From Mizuhopecten yessoensis (Eukaryota), in NCBI RefSeq assembly GCF_002113885.1, contig NW_018480069.1, positions 34,031-98,030 of the forward strand: DNA of 64,000 nt, written 5' to 3'. Every line of letters starts with the position of its first letter. Within the stretch, counting starts at the first letter, position 1. The notes under the pieces were generated by a model that made no database searches, was not told where the DNA came from, and saw only the letters and a program-made list of their open reading frames with translations. Positions 1 through 13,473 of the stretch are shown piece by piece. Position numbers and translations under genes: made by a program.

Positions 1-3000
1 TCCAGTGGGCCTCCTGTTACCGCAGAAGCAGATTAATAACATGACATTGCAAAATAGAGATCAATGTGCTTGCCAATACCCTTTATGCACGTCGCTGATA
101 CTATAAAACCCTACACAATTAGTGAAAAATGAATAAAATACAACAGAAAACCAAGACTATACTGCACCGCTTCGACTTTACCGCGATAGGAAGTGAAAGT
201 TTTTTCGAGCATGCGCTGAAAAAAATACGAAACTGTGCAATAAACTGTGCTAAAAAAGCTGAATTAAAATTACAGAGGTGCAATGTGCCACATTCAAAAA
301 CTCTTCGAAGGGGAGTAACTCGTGGATGGTCGCGATAACACCTATTCATTGCGTATTAAAAAAAAACCCACCAATAATATAAATAGATGTTTCATAGTCG
401 TTATGCAAATATTTACATCGTGCGAGAGATACTCAGAAAACTCGAAGAATATGAAAATGAGAAAAACCTTTTTGTAATTCAAGTTTTCCTTCAAGCCTGA
501 TTGGACTTACGACTGCTGGGCCACTAAAAACAATATCTCTTCAACTGGTCACTGTTCATCAGTAGGCGGGTGCCCCAAAAATTGAAATATTCACCCGAAA
601 CCATTATCTAATTAGATTGACACTGATCAAAATACACACGGTAAGCGACACGTGAGTCTCGAGGATTAGTGGTCCGGGTATATACACTCATCACCCCTTT
701 AGGAACGTAAAATTGAAAAACCACGTGCTGGACTCTGAAGCAAAAATACGTCTGGATTTTCTGGATTGAACGAAAGGAAGTGGCCTAATCAGAGACGACT
801 CTGGCTGAATGAATTGTTTGCTGTATATAAAGTTGCAAAAACAATTAGAAAATCAAAAAAGTGTCATGCAAAGTTCTCTAAATTGGAAACAGACGAAAAT
901 TAAACAACGTCTTATAATGCAAAAACAAAACTTAGAAACATGATAGAGAATTGAAATATAAAACATAAACCCATTTTTTTCAGGCTAAGTCTAAACATAT
1001 ATACCGTAATTGATTCTGATATTCTTGTGGCTCGAATTGATTATGTAAAGTAATACTTTACGTGTCCACTACAGTAGTTCTTGCGATTGAAAATACCTTA
1101 ACAGAATATTTTGCACTTTTGAAGCATTCATCGATGAAAAGCATCAAGTTTTGTATTCCGTTTTTAACCTTCTGGTTTAAAATTGCCTTATATGTACATA
1201 ACTGTCGTCTACGAAAGGTTTACTTGGAGCATTTTTCATCCAGAAATATTTCATCAGTTCTCACAACGTATAATTACTAGGCCCTCTCGATAGTATATGT
1301 ATTTTATACACTAAGCTTAATAACACGTGATTGACTAATTTTATACAAATACTGTTTAATTATGGAATAATTATAACGTGAAACGTAAGAAATCACACGG
1401 CGGAGGTGCTTTAGTGAATTAATAGTTAATTAAATGTAATTCTATTTAAATATACATTATTAACAATAAATTTAATCTGGATGTTTTCCAGCCAAATTTT
1501 CAATAACCGTTATTGTACCCTTCCATAAAAACGATGTTATCACGGACCTTAAGAATTTCCCAGGTATAATAAGGATAAGTTAGATATTGTGTTTTATTTC
1601 AAGACAATTTTAGTTCATTTAAAACTTTTTACTACACTTCTGTTGGATTGATGTAATGGGAAGCTTTTACCCCAATCACAAATTGTCTTTGTTTTACACG
1701 ATTATGATAACAAATATGTATTGAAAATGTTACCCCTAATTACGTATTTTATATATACATGTGCAATATTGGTCATTTTTAAGGGTGGAGGTTAAAAATG
1801 TCCATATACTACCATGGTTTACATTGAGTTTGAGGTTTTAAAAATGATACAACTTTATGTAAATATCTAAAACAAAATTTGTTTGATGAACTGGGTTTCG
1901 TATGTATATGGGCGATACAGTCGTCATTCGTTATTAAACTACTGCGACCAGATTAAACAGAATTGTTTTAATTTGCTGCACATTTCAGTAAAAGGGACAT
2001 TAAACAGACTTATTTTCGATAACGTTACTTCACAATTTTATTTAACAAAGTCCATATCGAAACATTAAAAGTGTGGTAACTTCACATCTGTTAGCATGTC
2101 ACCATGATAGGAATTGGGATGTAGAGGAATAGTGATACGTGCTATAGATGTTGTCTAGGTGTAATGCACTGAATTTCATTTGTACCGTAGTGAAGTTATC
2201 CTGGGGGTCAACTTTACCTCGATAAGTATTTGCCTCTAGAGAGCGAGGGGTGTAGGCATTGCCGGGAGTATCGCATGTGCAGTGTGTGAAAACAGAGCTG
2301 AACGAGCGAGAAGGCCAGTCTGTGTGTTTTTGGGAATATCTGCACAAAGTTCATAAAGAGACCGTACAAGTGGAGTATAAGTAAACAGCAGCCACTTTAG
2401 TACTCATCTGCCAACTCTATTCAGATAAAAAAAAAAAAAAAAAACAGAAATACATTCCGACATTTACTGGTATAAGCCACCTGCCTTTTAAAGTAATGCA
2501 AATGTCGAATGTAAACACTTTGAAAGAATTAACGAAATCCGGAGAATTTATTACGGAAGCTTACAAACACAAAACTGTGACGTATTAACATTATTTAAAC
2601 TGCTGTTGATAATGTCTTGTCATGTCTGTTTGTCCGTCCGTCCGTCCAGCTGTCTGTCTGTGCGGTGTTATTATTCTTTCCTTGTACATTCCAAATATGA
2701 GTGTGTACTAAGAATCCGTTCAAGTTTTGTTAACGAATGGTAACTGGGAGTAATGTATACGGACATATATAAAGCTAAAGATATAATAAATTATTAGCCA
2801 TGTGTTTAAACTTTAAACACCAACTGAATGTCACAATGCCATTGATAGTGTCAACTTAGTGTAGTGTAATTGAAGGTCCCAGTATAAATGCTCTTTAATG
2901 TGTGTGATAGAGATCGTTATAATACATCTAATGACAATTTTGAAATCTGATTGGTCGAGACGTGTAATGTTCGACTCTGCACATTACACTTCAGGCAGGT

Positions 3001-4069
3001 GTAACCGTGTTGTAACACTGATTTTCTAAGATTTTTATATACCTTAGGTTATGTTAAGTTCAACTTATGATTATACTTATATTATCACACACCATACGGT
3101 ACTACAACGATCGTTTAGGGGTGCCGCTGCTTTTCTTAGAAACAAAGCATTTTTATAAGTAAACATTGTACAGCTACAGTATAAAATTGATTGAGCAAAA
3201 TTGGAAGTTATATAAACAACCATACCAGGAGCTAGAGCGACATAACTAAGGTACTTGTTCGTAAATATCATAAAGACCAATGGGAGGGCGGCTTATTTAA
3301 GGCAAGTGGGACCACCAGCGTTCGAGTCTCTGTCTTTTTGTCTTTTCTTTTTATCCCGCAGGTTAGACGTGGAGAGTTTACGAAATACTGTTAGTATAGG
3401 ACCTAGCTGGACTTCATGCAGCGCGGACACTAACAGCGTTCTAATACCAGCTACCATCTGTCTATAGCGGACAAGGACCACTGAGGTAATTAACATACCC
3501 CCTCCCATCTCAGCACCCCTACAAACAGCTAGCTTAGCCACATGTATCATCATATTAGTCAAATATGGCAATTGATTGTATAGATATATATGTATGTGGC
3601 TTGAAACATTTACACGTATACATTTGCATGTAACTCCACAAACTTAATCTTAATTAAATTTGAAAGCATTTTCCCGTTAACAAGGGATCAAATATGTCCG
3701 AACATCATTTCTCGTACATGATTGTCTCGTGAAAACATCATTTTCTCGTGTGTTTTCATTGTTTATGGTCACAGGGACCTGATAATTTGTTACAACAGTA
3801 TTTAAACCTAAGTTATTATCATCGCGGGTGGAACTTTTACCGAAAATTGATCGAGCCCCCTAAAACGTGTAGTTGTAACCCTGCGTTCACGGTGTGCGCT
3901 TAAATATTTCTGAAAGGAAAATATACAAGTCGAGAACGAGGGGTGTGTTCATTAAGGGAGAAGTTCCATTCTCGATACTCCAGGGGTTACCGTGGATAAG
4001 TTTATGCTAAGATTATAACGTTTCATTGAAGTTACAATCCAAAACCTATATAGCTGATATCACGACATG

Positions 4070-4259
4070 TATTCCGTCTTTTCGTATTGCAGAGTTGTCT
4101 GCTCCTGTAAACAGGTATTGATTGTTACGTCATTAGTTTGTGTGAGAAAATTACGTCGTTTTCTCAAAAATTTATGACGTTACTCTCACAATCAAATGAC
4201 GTAACAAGCAATGCCTGCTCGCAGGAGCGGACAATTCTGCAATACGAAAAGACGGAATA
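4070..4259. mobile_element. Foldback/palindromic MITE, copy A
   Basis: Arms TATTCCGTCTTTTCGTATTGCAGA...GTTACGTCATT and its reverse complement. Homologous to 25174-25363 in the opposite orientation. Confidence 0.85.
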
Positions 4260-6289
4260 TAGATAACTCAAAACTTAATCATCATGACATGTATATTAGT
4301 CAATAGTCAAATTATGACGCATGCCGTCAGGTTATCAACACTGTCGAACATACTCAGAATCACGCTGCATAGGCCATGTTAATGGTTCAATACTAAATAA
4401 CTCCCTAAAAGGAATTAAAGAAGTAAATGCAGATGCCCAACTTTAGAGTGTTGTGACGTTCATCATATATTATTTCAACAACGGACAGATCATTCGGAGA
4501 AACAATTCACAAATAATCGATTAATTCTCTGATATCGGCTAGAAACCAAAGATATGGAATAAATACGTAAACATATATGTACATTTGTAGCTATTTACTT
4601 AACATTATGATATACTGCTAATTTATCGTAGCTAGCCACTACAGATAGGAAATCTCGATTAAAATAGTTTATTTTCTCAGATCGTTTTATTCCATTTCGT
4701 TTTCAATCATTCCTCGCGTTCGTTCCATCTACTTTCAAGCAATTCCGTTCCTGTGAGCAAAATATATTTCGTTCCGTTCTATTCGCGTTCCTTTCCAAAC
4801 AGTGAACAGGTGGAAGCCATGTTTACGTTATTAGCATGCATACGCTTATTCACGAGAGCAGAATCCAAAGAATGGCGACCATGTGTTCGAATGGGTCAGA
4901 GGTTATGTTTACACAATACTTCGTGTTCGACAGGGTCAGAGGTAATGTTAACACAATAACGTGTGTTCATCTTGATTGATAAAGGCCATTATCTTGGTTT
5001 GTTTTGCGTTTTTGACACATGTGTTAGGTAACGCAGGTGTCTAAGGGATCGCACATACTACGAAATTTGCTTAACGTGGAATTGCACAGTAGAACCTTAC
5101 GCCACCTATGACTTTATATAGTCTTTCGGTCCTTATATGGTAGATGATATATCCGTATATGGATGTCATTCATTCCCATTTAACTTTTATGCAAATGTTT
5201 TTAGCAACGATCTCTAGCATTTTCATTCATACCGTAGTGACGCCATTTTGTGGTTTGCCAACTAATAGGCAGAGAAAGCATTCACTTCGATATGTTCTTA
5301 ACTAGCCATATGTATGTGAAAAATACAACAATGCATGTATACAATTAAAATTAATAAAAAAAACATTCTGATTAATTTTCTAACGATGCTCTGCTTGCTG
5401 AAATTGTGCTTCACAAAACTCTTCCCCGAAGCGGATGGTTTCCTCTGATCTACTTACTGTAGTGTTCCTACCTAACTTCAGTACACAGTTCCCGTCACAA
5501 TGTTTTTGTCACTAACGTTTTGCTTTATATCACAAAAATTACCACTGCAAATAAGCCTGAAATTATACCACTGACCACTTGAATATGACTATTCTTTCCG
5601 GCAGAATTAAGGAACTCTCACGAAAGTGTTCTGTCCATTTCAGTATAGTCACAAAATAAATTGACACGACCAATACATGAACACAAAAGAACTGTAAAGC
5701 AAAACCTTATCTCCTTTAATAGAACATTGGACTAACCTGATCAGCCGGGTTTGAATGAAGTCGGTCTATTTATAGGGTCGAAAAATATTTGTGAGTTAGC
5801 ACAAAGCTTTATCTCCCTCAGATGTAATACAAGACTAAACCAGTCAGTCAGATTTTAGATGATTTTGTGCCGCTTTTGTTACACAAGTAAAAATTAAAAG
5901 AAATACTGGCAGAGACGTATATATTGTAATATATACGTCTTTGGTAATACACATAATATTTGATAATAATCATGAATTCTTTACAGATAATGAACGGCAA
6001 AAGATGGAGTGCGATATTTTCTCTATCAAACATGTACATCACAAGATATTTTATCAGTACTAATGAAACGTGATACAGTGTGTTCAAAACAGGGATTGAA
6101 AGACATGTTTGTTACAAACCTGTTACACATTTATTCAATTTAATAACGCAGTGTTTCTATTTACTGTTTGATGTTGTGAAAATATATCTTTGCTATATTA
6201 TAGGAGTTTTTTGTACTAGAGTAGAACCTACTTATTATTATTATGTAATAGCATTATGCAGTACATAGGTTACATAATTAGATGAGTTT

Positions 6290-8420
6290 AATATGTGGAG
6301 AAGGCTACCCCCAAGTAATCAACGTCATATTTATGCAAGCAATCTAGAAGGTAGGGCATACCGGCCATAATACCTTCAATGTTCCAACACATGAAGTTAA
6401 AGTTGTTCGGCATCTTCATGTTGGTTCTGGAAAACAGTTCTGGGTAACCAGTCTCGAACGTGGACACCTTTTGGCTAAAACTTGGGATCTTCGATACATT
6501 TTGTAATGGCTTCATCGTCCACTACATTCAGTTGAGCCGATGCAGTGCGTTTCCACGACCGAGCGAAATATCATAAATAAGTGTAAGTGATGGAGTTCTC
6601 ATAGAGGTAATCGCACAAAGCATTCTCGGATGACACTTTTTTGTCAATTCCGTGATTGTAATACCGTCTGACTCTACTTTTCTTTCTAGGAATGAACCCA
6701 ACAAACCGTGAGCCATAGGAAATTACTGGTGATAAGTTACGTTTCTCAGCTTTTTTCAAATCATCAGAGTCGCACACGGAAGAAGGAATATGGACCGGGA
6801 TCGCGACTATGGGCCCAATCGAATGCCTATTAACTGAGTCATTTTCTGTTTGAACGAAGTGGTCAAAGGTAGGCTGAACGGAGGTTTGATCCTTTGTAAC
6901 ATCGCGTGCAAGTTCTGGAGTTTTTTATTGAGTATCTTTGGGTAGTCTAATAGGTGATGATGTCGGCGAATGACGTGGTGAAGATGGTGGTGTAGCAGTT
7001 TTGGAGGATCCGCATTGTCCTTTCTTCACAGTAGTCGAGGGCTGGTCGGAGTGTTCTTTATTTCCCTGCTTTACTTGTCGCTTGACGTCATGCATTTTCT
7101 TCTGTAACGTAACCAATGAATGCTTGTTTTGTTTAACAGATCGGGATGTCGACTCAAGGCAGTCGTTAATTGTAGTAACGTCGTTGACACAGTGTTTCGT
7201 TGTTTAGAGCACATATTTTAATTGTTTTTAAATCCTTCAATACCACTTGAGTGATCATCATTGAATTTCTGAGCAATTCCTTCACAATCAGATATTTTTA
7301 TCCAGGTTTCCTCAACTCATAGTTTGGCATTCCTAACGAGTTTTAAAGCTTCAGGTACAGTTTTTTCCAACTTCCTGTTATTTTCATTGTGGTCATTTAG
7401 TTCTTCAGATTGTACATCCACTTTAACTGTAAATTCACTGTTTTCTTTCTCTAGTTTGTTCAGTTTACATTGCATAGTCTTTAATTCATCCGTATATTTC
7501 TTTGCTCTTTCTCTTGCACTGTCTTTGTCTTTTTGTAGAGTTTTCAGTTGTTTAGTCAGATGTTCGAGATCGCAAGCATGGGATGTATTGCTAGCTTTCA
7601 GGTTATGTACCTCTGATTGCAGAGATACAGCAGCTTCCCTAAGAATCTTTATACCATTCTCTTCATCGGAAGAAGGTATTTTTGTAGGCAGTTCTCGCTG
7701 TTTTTTCCGTGCGGCTACGACTTCACTTAACTCTTTAGTGTATTCTCCGACAGCAGCGCGAAGGAGTACAAAGCAATCTCTGGCGAGCTTTGATTGTATT
7801 GGTTGATCACCAGGTCTATGGGCCCTGCGCCTCTTACGCAATACACCTTCTTTGATAGGGAAATCTTCCTTCTCGGATGCTAGCTTAAACAGTTCATGGC
7901 GTGATTGTTCGAGGTCAGGTTCACTGCCGTGGGTTATAGTTCGAATCTGTTCCAATAATAACGACTTGGGTTTGTCTATAATAGATTTAAGTTCACCGAG
8001 ATATCCAGGTATATCATTAGATGGGTTGCTAGGAGGTTCATAAAATGAGGCTTGGGAAATGTCATGATCATTTGGCGTATATATGAATGACTCCTCATTG
8101 TCATTTTGACCATTTTGCCATGTACTAAAAGGCCGGACGGGTGTAAGTTCAGTGTAAACACGGCTTTCAGAGCCCTCTCTATATGTCAATAGAGCACTAT
8201 CCATACCGTCGATCTAACAGTCACAGCAGGGGGTCCACACTTAGTCGCCTCTTTTGGTTTGCAGGAATAATGCATGTGCCTCTTTTGGTTTGCAGGAATT
8301 ATGGAAGTAGTTATCAAATATGTGAGTGCAGGAGGAATAAGTCGATGAAATGGCTAAGATACTGTATAAATCTGCAAAATTAATCTGACAACGGCTGTTG
8401 GTCACACACACTGACATGAA
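6290..8420 (-). mobile_element. 3'-truncated non-LTR retrotransposon (LINE): ORF1 remnant plus the start of the ORF2 AP-endonuclease
   Basis: A 295-aa coiled-coil-rich ORF (7317-8204) is followed by frameshifted continuation ORFs (6528-7116). Next comes FMCWNIEGIMAGMPYLLDCLHKYDVDYLGVA, which matches the APE motif-I pattern (WNxxG ... DxxxL), before the frame breaks off. Boundaries are approximate. Confidence 0.7.
7317..8204 (-). CDS. LINE ORF1-like coiled-coil protein (probably decayed)
   Basis: Longest ORF in the window. It is intronless, has heptad-rich C-terminal sequence (LQSEVHNLKASN...LTKQLKTLQKDK...LNKLEKEN) and lies upstream of an APE-like fragment. Confidence 0.55.
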   Translation of the reverse strand: MDSALLTYREGSESRVYTELTPVRPFSTWQNGQNDNEESFIYTPNDHDISQASFYEPPSNPSNDIPGYLGELKSIIDKPKSLLLEQIRTITHGSEPDLEQSRHELFKLASEKEDFPIKEGVLRKRRRAHRPGDQPIQSKLARDCFVLLRAAVGEYTKELSEVVAARKKQRELPTKIPSSDEENGIKILREAAVSLQSEVHNLKASNTSHACDLEHLTKQLKTLQKDKDSARERAKKYTDELKTMQCKLNKLEKENSEFTVKVDVQSEELNDHNENNRKLEKTVPEALKLVRNAKL

Positions 8421-11400
8421 GCAGCAGGCAGTCGAGATAGCAGACCAACTCTGCAGTAATGCATCATTAGGTCAAATGTACCCTGGAAGAAAACGAGCAG
8501 ATGGCAACCGCCTATCGTTCGTTCATACCTCGAGGGTAGCGGGTTTGTAGATTGGTGATCCAAAACCATCAAATTTCAAAAGCATGCAGTCAAAATAGGA
8601 TAATCACGACATGAAGTTCATATTTGAAAGTATTTGCATATTCCATGTTGATAAAATGTTCACCATACCTCATTCAATGTCATTACGACAGGAGGAACAC
8701 GATTAATGTCGTCGATAATCACAGACCTTCAAACACGGTGTTTACCTGTGTCCGCTATCTTTTTATTTTTTTGATGTCGCTTATGATAATTCTTTTCCCA
8801 TGTACCGATTTTATCCTACACTGTATAACTAAGCTAAACAAATCGTTTATTATGACATGGTCAAAGGTTGGACCCCGCTTACTACAATATTTTTTTTTCT
8901 GTCGTGAATGGATTTTATAATGTAAAAACTCAGTTAAGTTGTCCGTGATTGACACCAGGAAGGCGATAAGAAAACGAGGATGCCTTCCATTAATATTAAC
9001 GGTTGCCTTGACACGTCAAGTGAGAAAATCATGCCGATTCAATGAAAATATTACGCCAGAAGGAAGACGCGTGTTTTTAATAATTTAAGCAAAGGTTTCT
9101 CTATTCTCTATTGCATTACAAGTTGATTTCCCCGTGTCTACGTTGAAAAGTGTCAAAATCGGGACATGCCGTCCTAACACCATGGTGCCGGAAATCGATC
9201 CAAAGTAAACGTTATTGTCGTAAACAACTGACGACAACTGCTTTATTTACAATACACACCATTTTCGTTGAAAAATATATTTGATTGTTGTTAAAAAAAG
9301 AAATGATTTGTGTTTTTAGTTGTTATTGTTTCTATGCAATTTGGTTTAACCGCACGACTTGCGAGGCATGTGATTGTCACGTGATCGTAATTTACATAGC
9401 GGGGCAAAATATTGTGACGCTTATGGGCGCAAATGTAACGCAACTTCTTGGAGCAAAATAGGTAAATCATGACTATTTATATCACCTCTTTCATCTTATT
9501 GACTGTTACATTACGATATCGTTAGCTAGGATGAAGTATAACGATAGTTCTTATAGTTCTTGCTCGAAGTTATATGAAAGTGACAGTAGAATTTACATAC
9601 TGATCAAAACGACGACAAAATGAAATCTTCTCGAATTTTTTCAATAAGCTGATATTAATGACAATTAACGAATGATTTCAATTATTACTTCATCAATTTG
9701 TATTAATATCTTATCAGGTTTCCACATTAATCTATGTCTGATGATTATAGGGCATCTCACGACCGAAACAGCTTTATATATTATTTTGTAATATATCGTT
9801 TATTATATTATTTTTCTCCGCTAAATGTAATATTATAATAAGCGGGTTCCACTGTGGTGTTATTATTTATTTCTGACGGAATTTCGGACACCTGTGGTGC
9901 AATGCAGGACATTGCACTTGCCAAATACATTTCAAATGTTGCATGTGGTCTGGTAATAATATGTTTTTAACAGAGGAAATATTTTGGGCAAAAGTTTATT
10001 GAATTGTCGGGGTCTTGAAACCCCTGAGCACTCATCCCTTCGATGGCCGATTGGCACTCATATTACAGTATTATGCCGACTGCATCATCGCGTATCTTGA
10101 CGTGTGAACTGAATGCTTTTGTAAAGATTGCGTGGCAAGGTACGTACTCTGAATCAGTGAATAACAAGTTAATTTGTTCCGACATAGACAGTTTGCAATA
10201 CAAATGAATCTCCAGAATGATATTATGTATCATTCCCAAGCTTGTATAAAGCCAATGTATAGTCCACGTCTGTGACGCACTATCACCTTGTGTCTAAGTC
10301 AATATATTATGTTTGGGGTTCATTGCGAGCGTAGCAAGCTTACCTGATTTTAATATTTTCATTTCCTGTGTATGATTCTGTAACTGTTTGTGTATTACAC
10401 TGCCCGCGCAATATCTGTCCCTCTTCTCTAACATGTTTATAAAATCTGTGTTGAACTGTTGACACTTCCCCAGCATCAATTAAATTGGTCAGTGAACCAT
10501 GATAGAGACGTTTGTACCTGTAAGGTCAGTGGTACGTAGTAGTAACAGGGTACAAGTGTTAAATTTCAAGTTTTTAATCCGAGAATCTTTTTCTTGCATG
10601 ATGGATAAACAAGTAGGTTTTTTCCTGGTGAAAATGGAAATACATGTACATGTAAATAAATACACAAAAAAATAGTAATATATTCATGATTCATTCCACT
10701 CTGGCAATTTAATTTAAAAAAATTCAAGTTGGGAAAGTACATGGTGGCTAGCCAAGACAGGTATCTAACTTAATTTTGTGCAACACTATAATGTTCAGAT
10801 TATATGCGTAGCACAATAAACTGGAATGGTAACACCTGTCCGAAAAAATCTGGATCCACCCCTGGACAGGTCTAAAGAAAAGAAAAGAAAAACCGCTGAA
10901 CGTGGAAAAAGCATGGCTTATAAAAATGACTGTTAAATATTATATAAAATAATAAACTTTGTAACAATGAAAACAACAAAACATTAAATGGTGTTAGGCA
11001 GCACAGGAAGATATGGAAGATGTAAATAAATCCAAAGAGGCTGTAATAATCAAAAACAACTAGATTAAAACTGAAGATATTATTACCTGAAATAAAGATT
11101 TAACAAGTGATCTTTAAATGGACTGCATGATTGCCAGACATCGTATACATGCTGTGCAGTTGTGGCCCTATATTGATTCAAAAGTGTCCATCAAAGCCAT
11201 TTTATCACATACATTTTGTTTAGACACACTGGGAATACATGATATCTCATCAAAAACTCAAATATTTCCTTGGTGGAGACCTCCCCTCTAGTTGAGGCCA
11301 TATCTCCCTCACATATCCTCCCCACCTAGTCACTTTCTTCATTGTTTGGTGCATTTTGCAACAGCTCATGGGGCCCCCTTTATAGGTATCGAGCCCCGTA

Positions 11401-11685
11401 TTGGTATGTCCTGGAATCAGAACAGGTTACAAACAATATTGAAATCAAAATATGTTAAAGTTGAAAATTGCCACCTATTTGAAGAAATATATCTGAATGA
11501 GAACAGTTATGATGGATAGGGCACTTTCCGATAAAAAATTCTGTGAGATGTATTTGCTGAAGAGAGCCCCCACCCCGGTCCCCGGATGGGGGATATAGAA
11601 ATTGATTAAAGTTTCAAACTGTTACCATTAACATAATCATACGAAGAGGTGTATACTGACAAATGACCCATGGCAAAATCCTAGC

Positions 11686-11785
11686 TCACCCTCTAACAAT
11701 AGGCACTAAGGAAATATTGCAACAGTCATATAATTATTCATTCGGAAGTCAACTCTTTATTTATGGCAGAAGCAGAGCCCAAAGC
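11686..11785 (+). repeat. 100-bp segment duplicated at 13246-13345, upstream of copy 1
   Basis: TCACCCTCTA(A/C)CAATAGGCAC(T/C)AAGGAAATATTGCAACAG...GAGCCCAAAGC; three mismatches, offset 1560 bp. Confidence 0.9.
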
Positions 11786-13473
11786 CTCTTGAAGCAGTAC
11801 TTGTTGTTGTTCCTCGGAGGGAAAACACATTTCAGACTAACACAGACATAAGATAAGAGTAAATATTCGTTCACAATATTTTCAGGAAATTTAAACGGTC
11901 TTTTTCCTGCATTTCAACTGACTGTCTTGTGTTCGTTTTTCTAAAATGTTATATATATAACTATGGAAATATTGCAACATCAAGAAAGCATGTGTGTGGA
12001 GTGTACTTTCAGTACTTTGATTTAAACTTTCAATTGGTTTTTATTTTGTTGACAATGTTGCGGTATCAAATTACTATGGAAAGTGCCACGAAAATAAGTG
12101 ACAGACCGACAAATCTCTATATATTTATGCATATATATATTAATATTTAAATAAATGAAATCGAATAAAAAATTCATCTGCATGGAAATAATACAGACAA
12201 ACTAAACATATTGCTTTTTTTTTCATTAAGAAAAAAATGTCAATATTTACACATATGAATTACTCAGAGGCAATGTGTTCGACCGGAACAAATCGTGGGT
12301 AGGGATTACAATCATATAAAGCACTTGCTTATTTGCTGATCTCGTTGTGCGAGTCATGAAAAAAAAAATATATCTAAAACTTAACTGCCTTAGTAGCTTC
12401 ACCAATGTTTTGTTTGAACTTTCTTTAACTTTCTTAACAATAACAAATTTCCAGATTTATACATTTTGTAATGAAGCACTAAATAAACAAGACGACTTAG
12501 TATGTTTTATATTAGTTCAGAAGACCAGTTTCCAATCCGTTGACCGCATGTCCACAGAATACGACAGGTTCAAATAGATTTGTGATACTGTTGACCGACA
12601 AAAAGCAATAAGCCCCCGACAATTCAATATTGGAATTCTGACTTCACAGAACGCCACTGTAGTTCTCAGCATTGCTCTACCTGATGCTCTATAAAAAAGT
12701 CATGTTTGCAGTGTTCGACCCTTACATCAGCCTCCCCTGACAGTCCAATTTACAAATCATAGTTTGTCTTATTATCTAGAGCCTCGCTAAGTTGTCAGAT
12801 TTTAGGGATTGACACATCAGTCAATAAACTAATGGGATGCTTCAAGTTACATGGAAAACATCAACGATTTTAGCACGGTTATCAACTACTAGTAAAATGT
12901 ATAACCTGTATACTGATGTATATACCGTAATAAAAAGACTTAACCAGTGAGTGACTTATTATGTTTGCCATGGTCATATATATAATTACGCATATATTTT
13001 ACCATATTTTCCTGTTGTCCCTTTAAACAGACCATTTGTTCCGATTTTATTGTGCTTTGAGACTGTTTTATATTATGTTTACTTCATTTACCCAGCAACA
13101 TGTTCGCCATGGTTATATACATATATATTTTACCATTATTTCCTGTTGTTCCTTTAAATACATATTTACATATCGTATTTTCTATATTTACATTGAAAAA
13201 TCTTCTCCATGTTTATATATATATATTGGATTACAAATATGTATTTCACCCTCTACCAATAGGCACCAAGGAAATATTGCAACAGTCATATAATTATTCA
13301 TTCGGAGGTCAACTCTTTATTTATGGCAGAAGCAGAGCCCAAAGCTTCTTCCATAATATTATATATCTATTTATGTACCTGTATATTGGTATATGTATAT
13401 ATTCCACTCGAAGTTACAGAAACCACACATGTACCTGTATACCTGGATGTCACCTTTATAATGGATTACGATC

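Noticed and set aside
2100-2400. GC-richer stretch ending in a GTAAAC donor-like site, a possible non-coding first exon
   Set aside because: No downstream exon or homology could be tied to it from sequence alone.
7324-7806. 160-aa Ser/Leu/Phe-rich plus-strand ORF
   Set aside because: It is the antisense shadow of the Lys/Glu-rich coiled-coil ORF.
10493-10560. GAACCATG..CGTTTGTACCTGTAAGGTCAGT shared with about 57174-57240
   Set aside because: A short dispersed-repeat fragment without definable ends; it cannot be classified.
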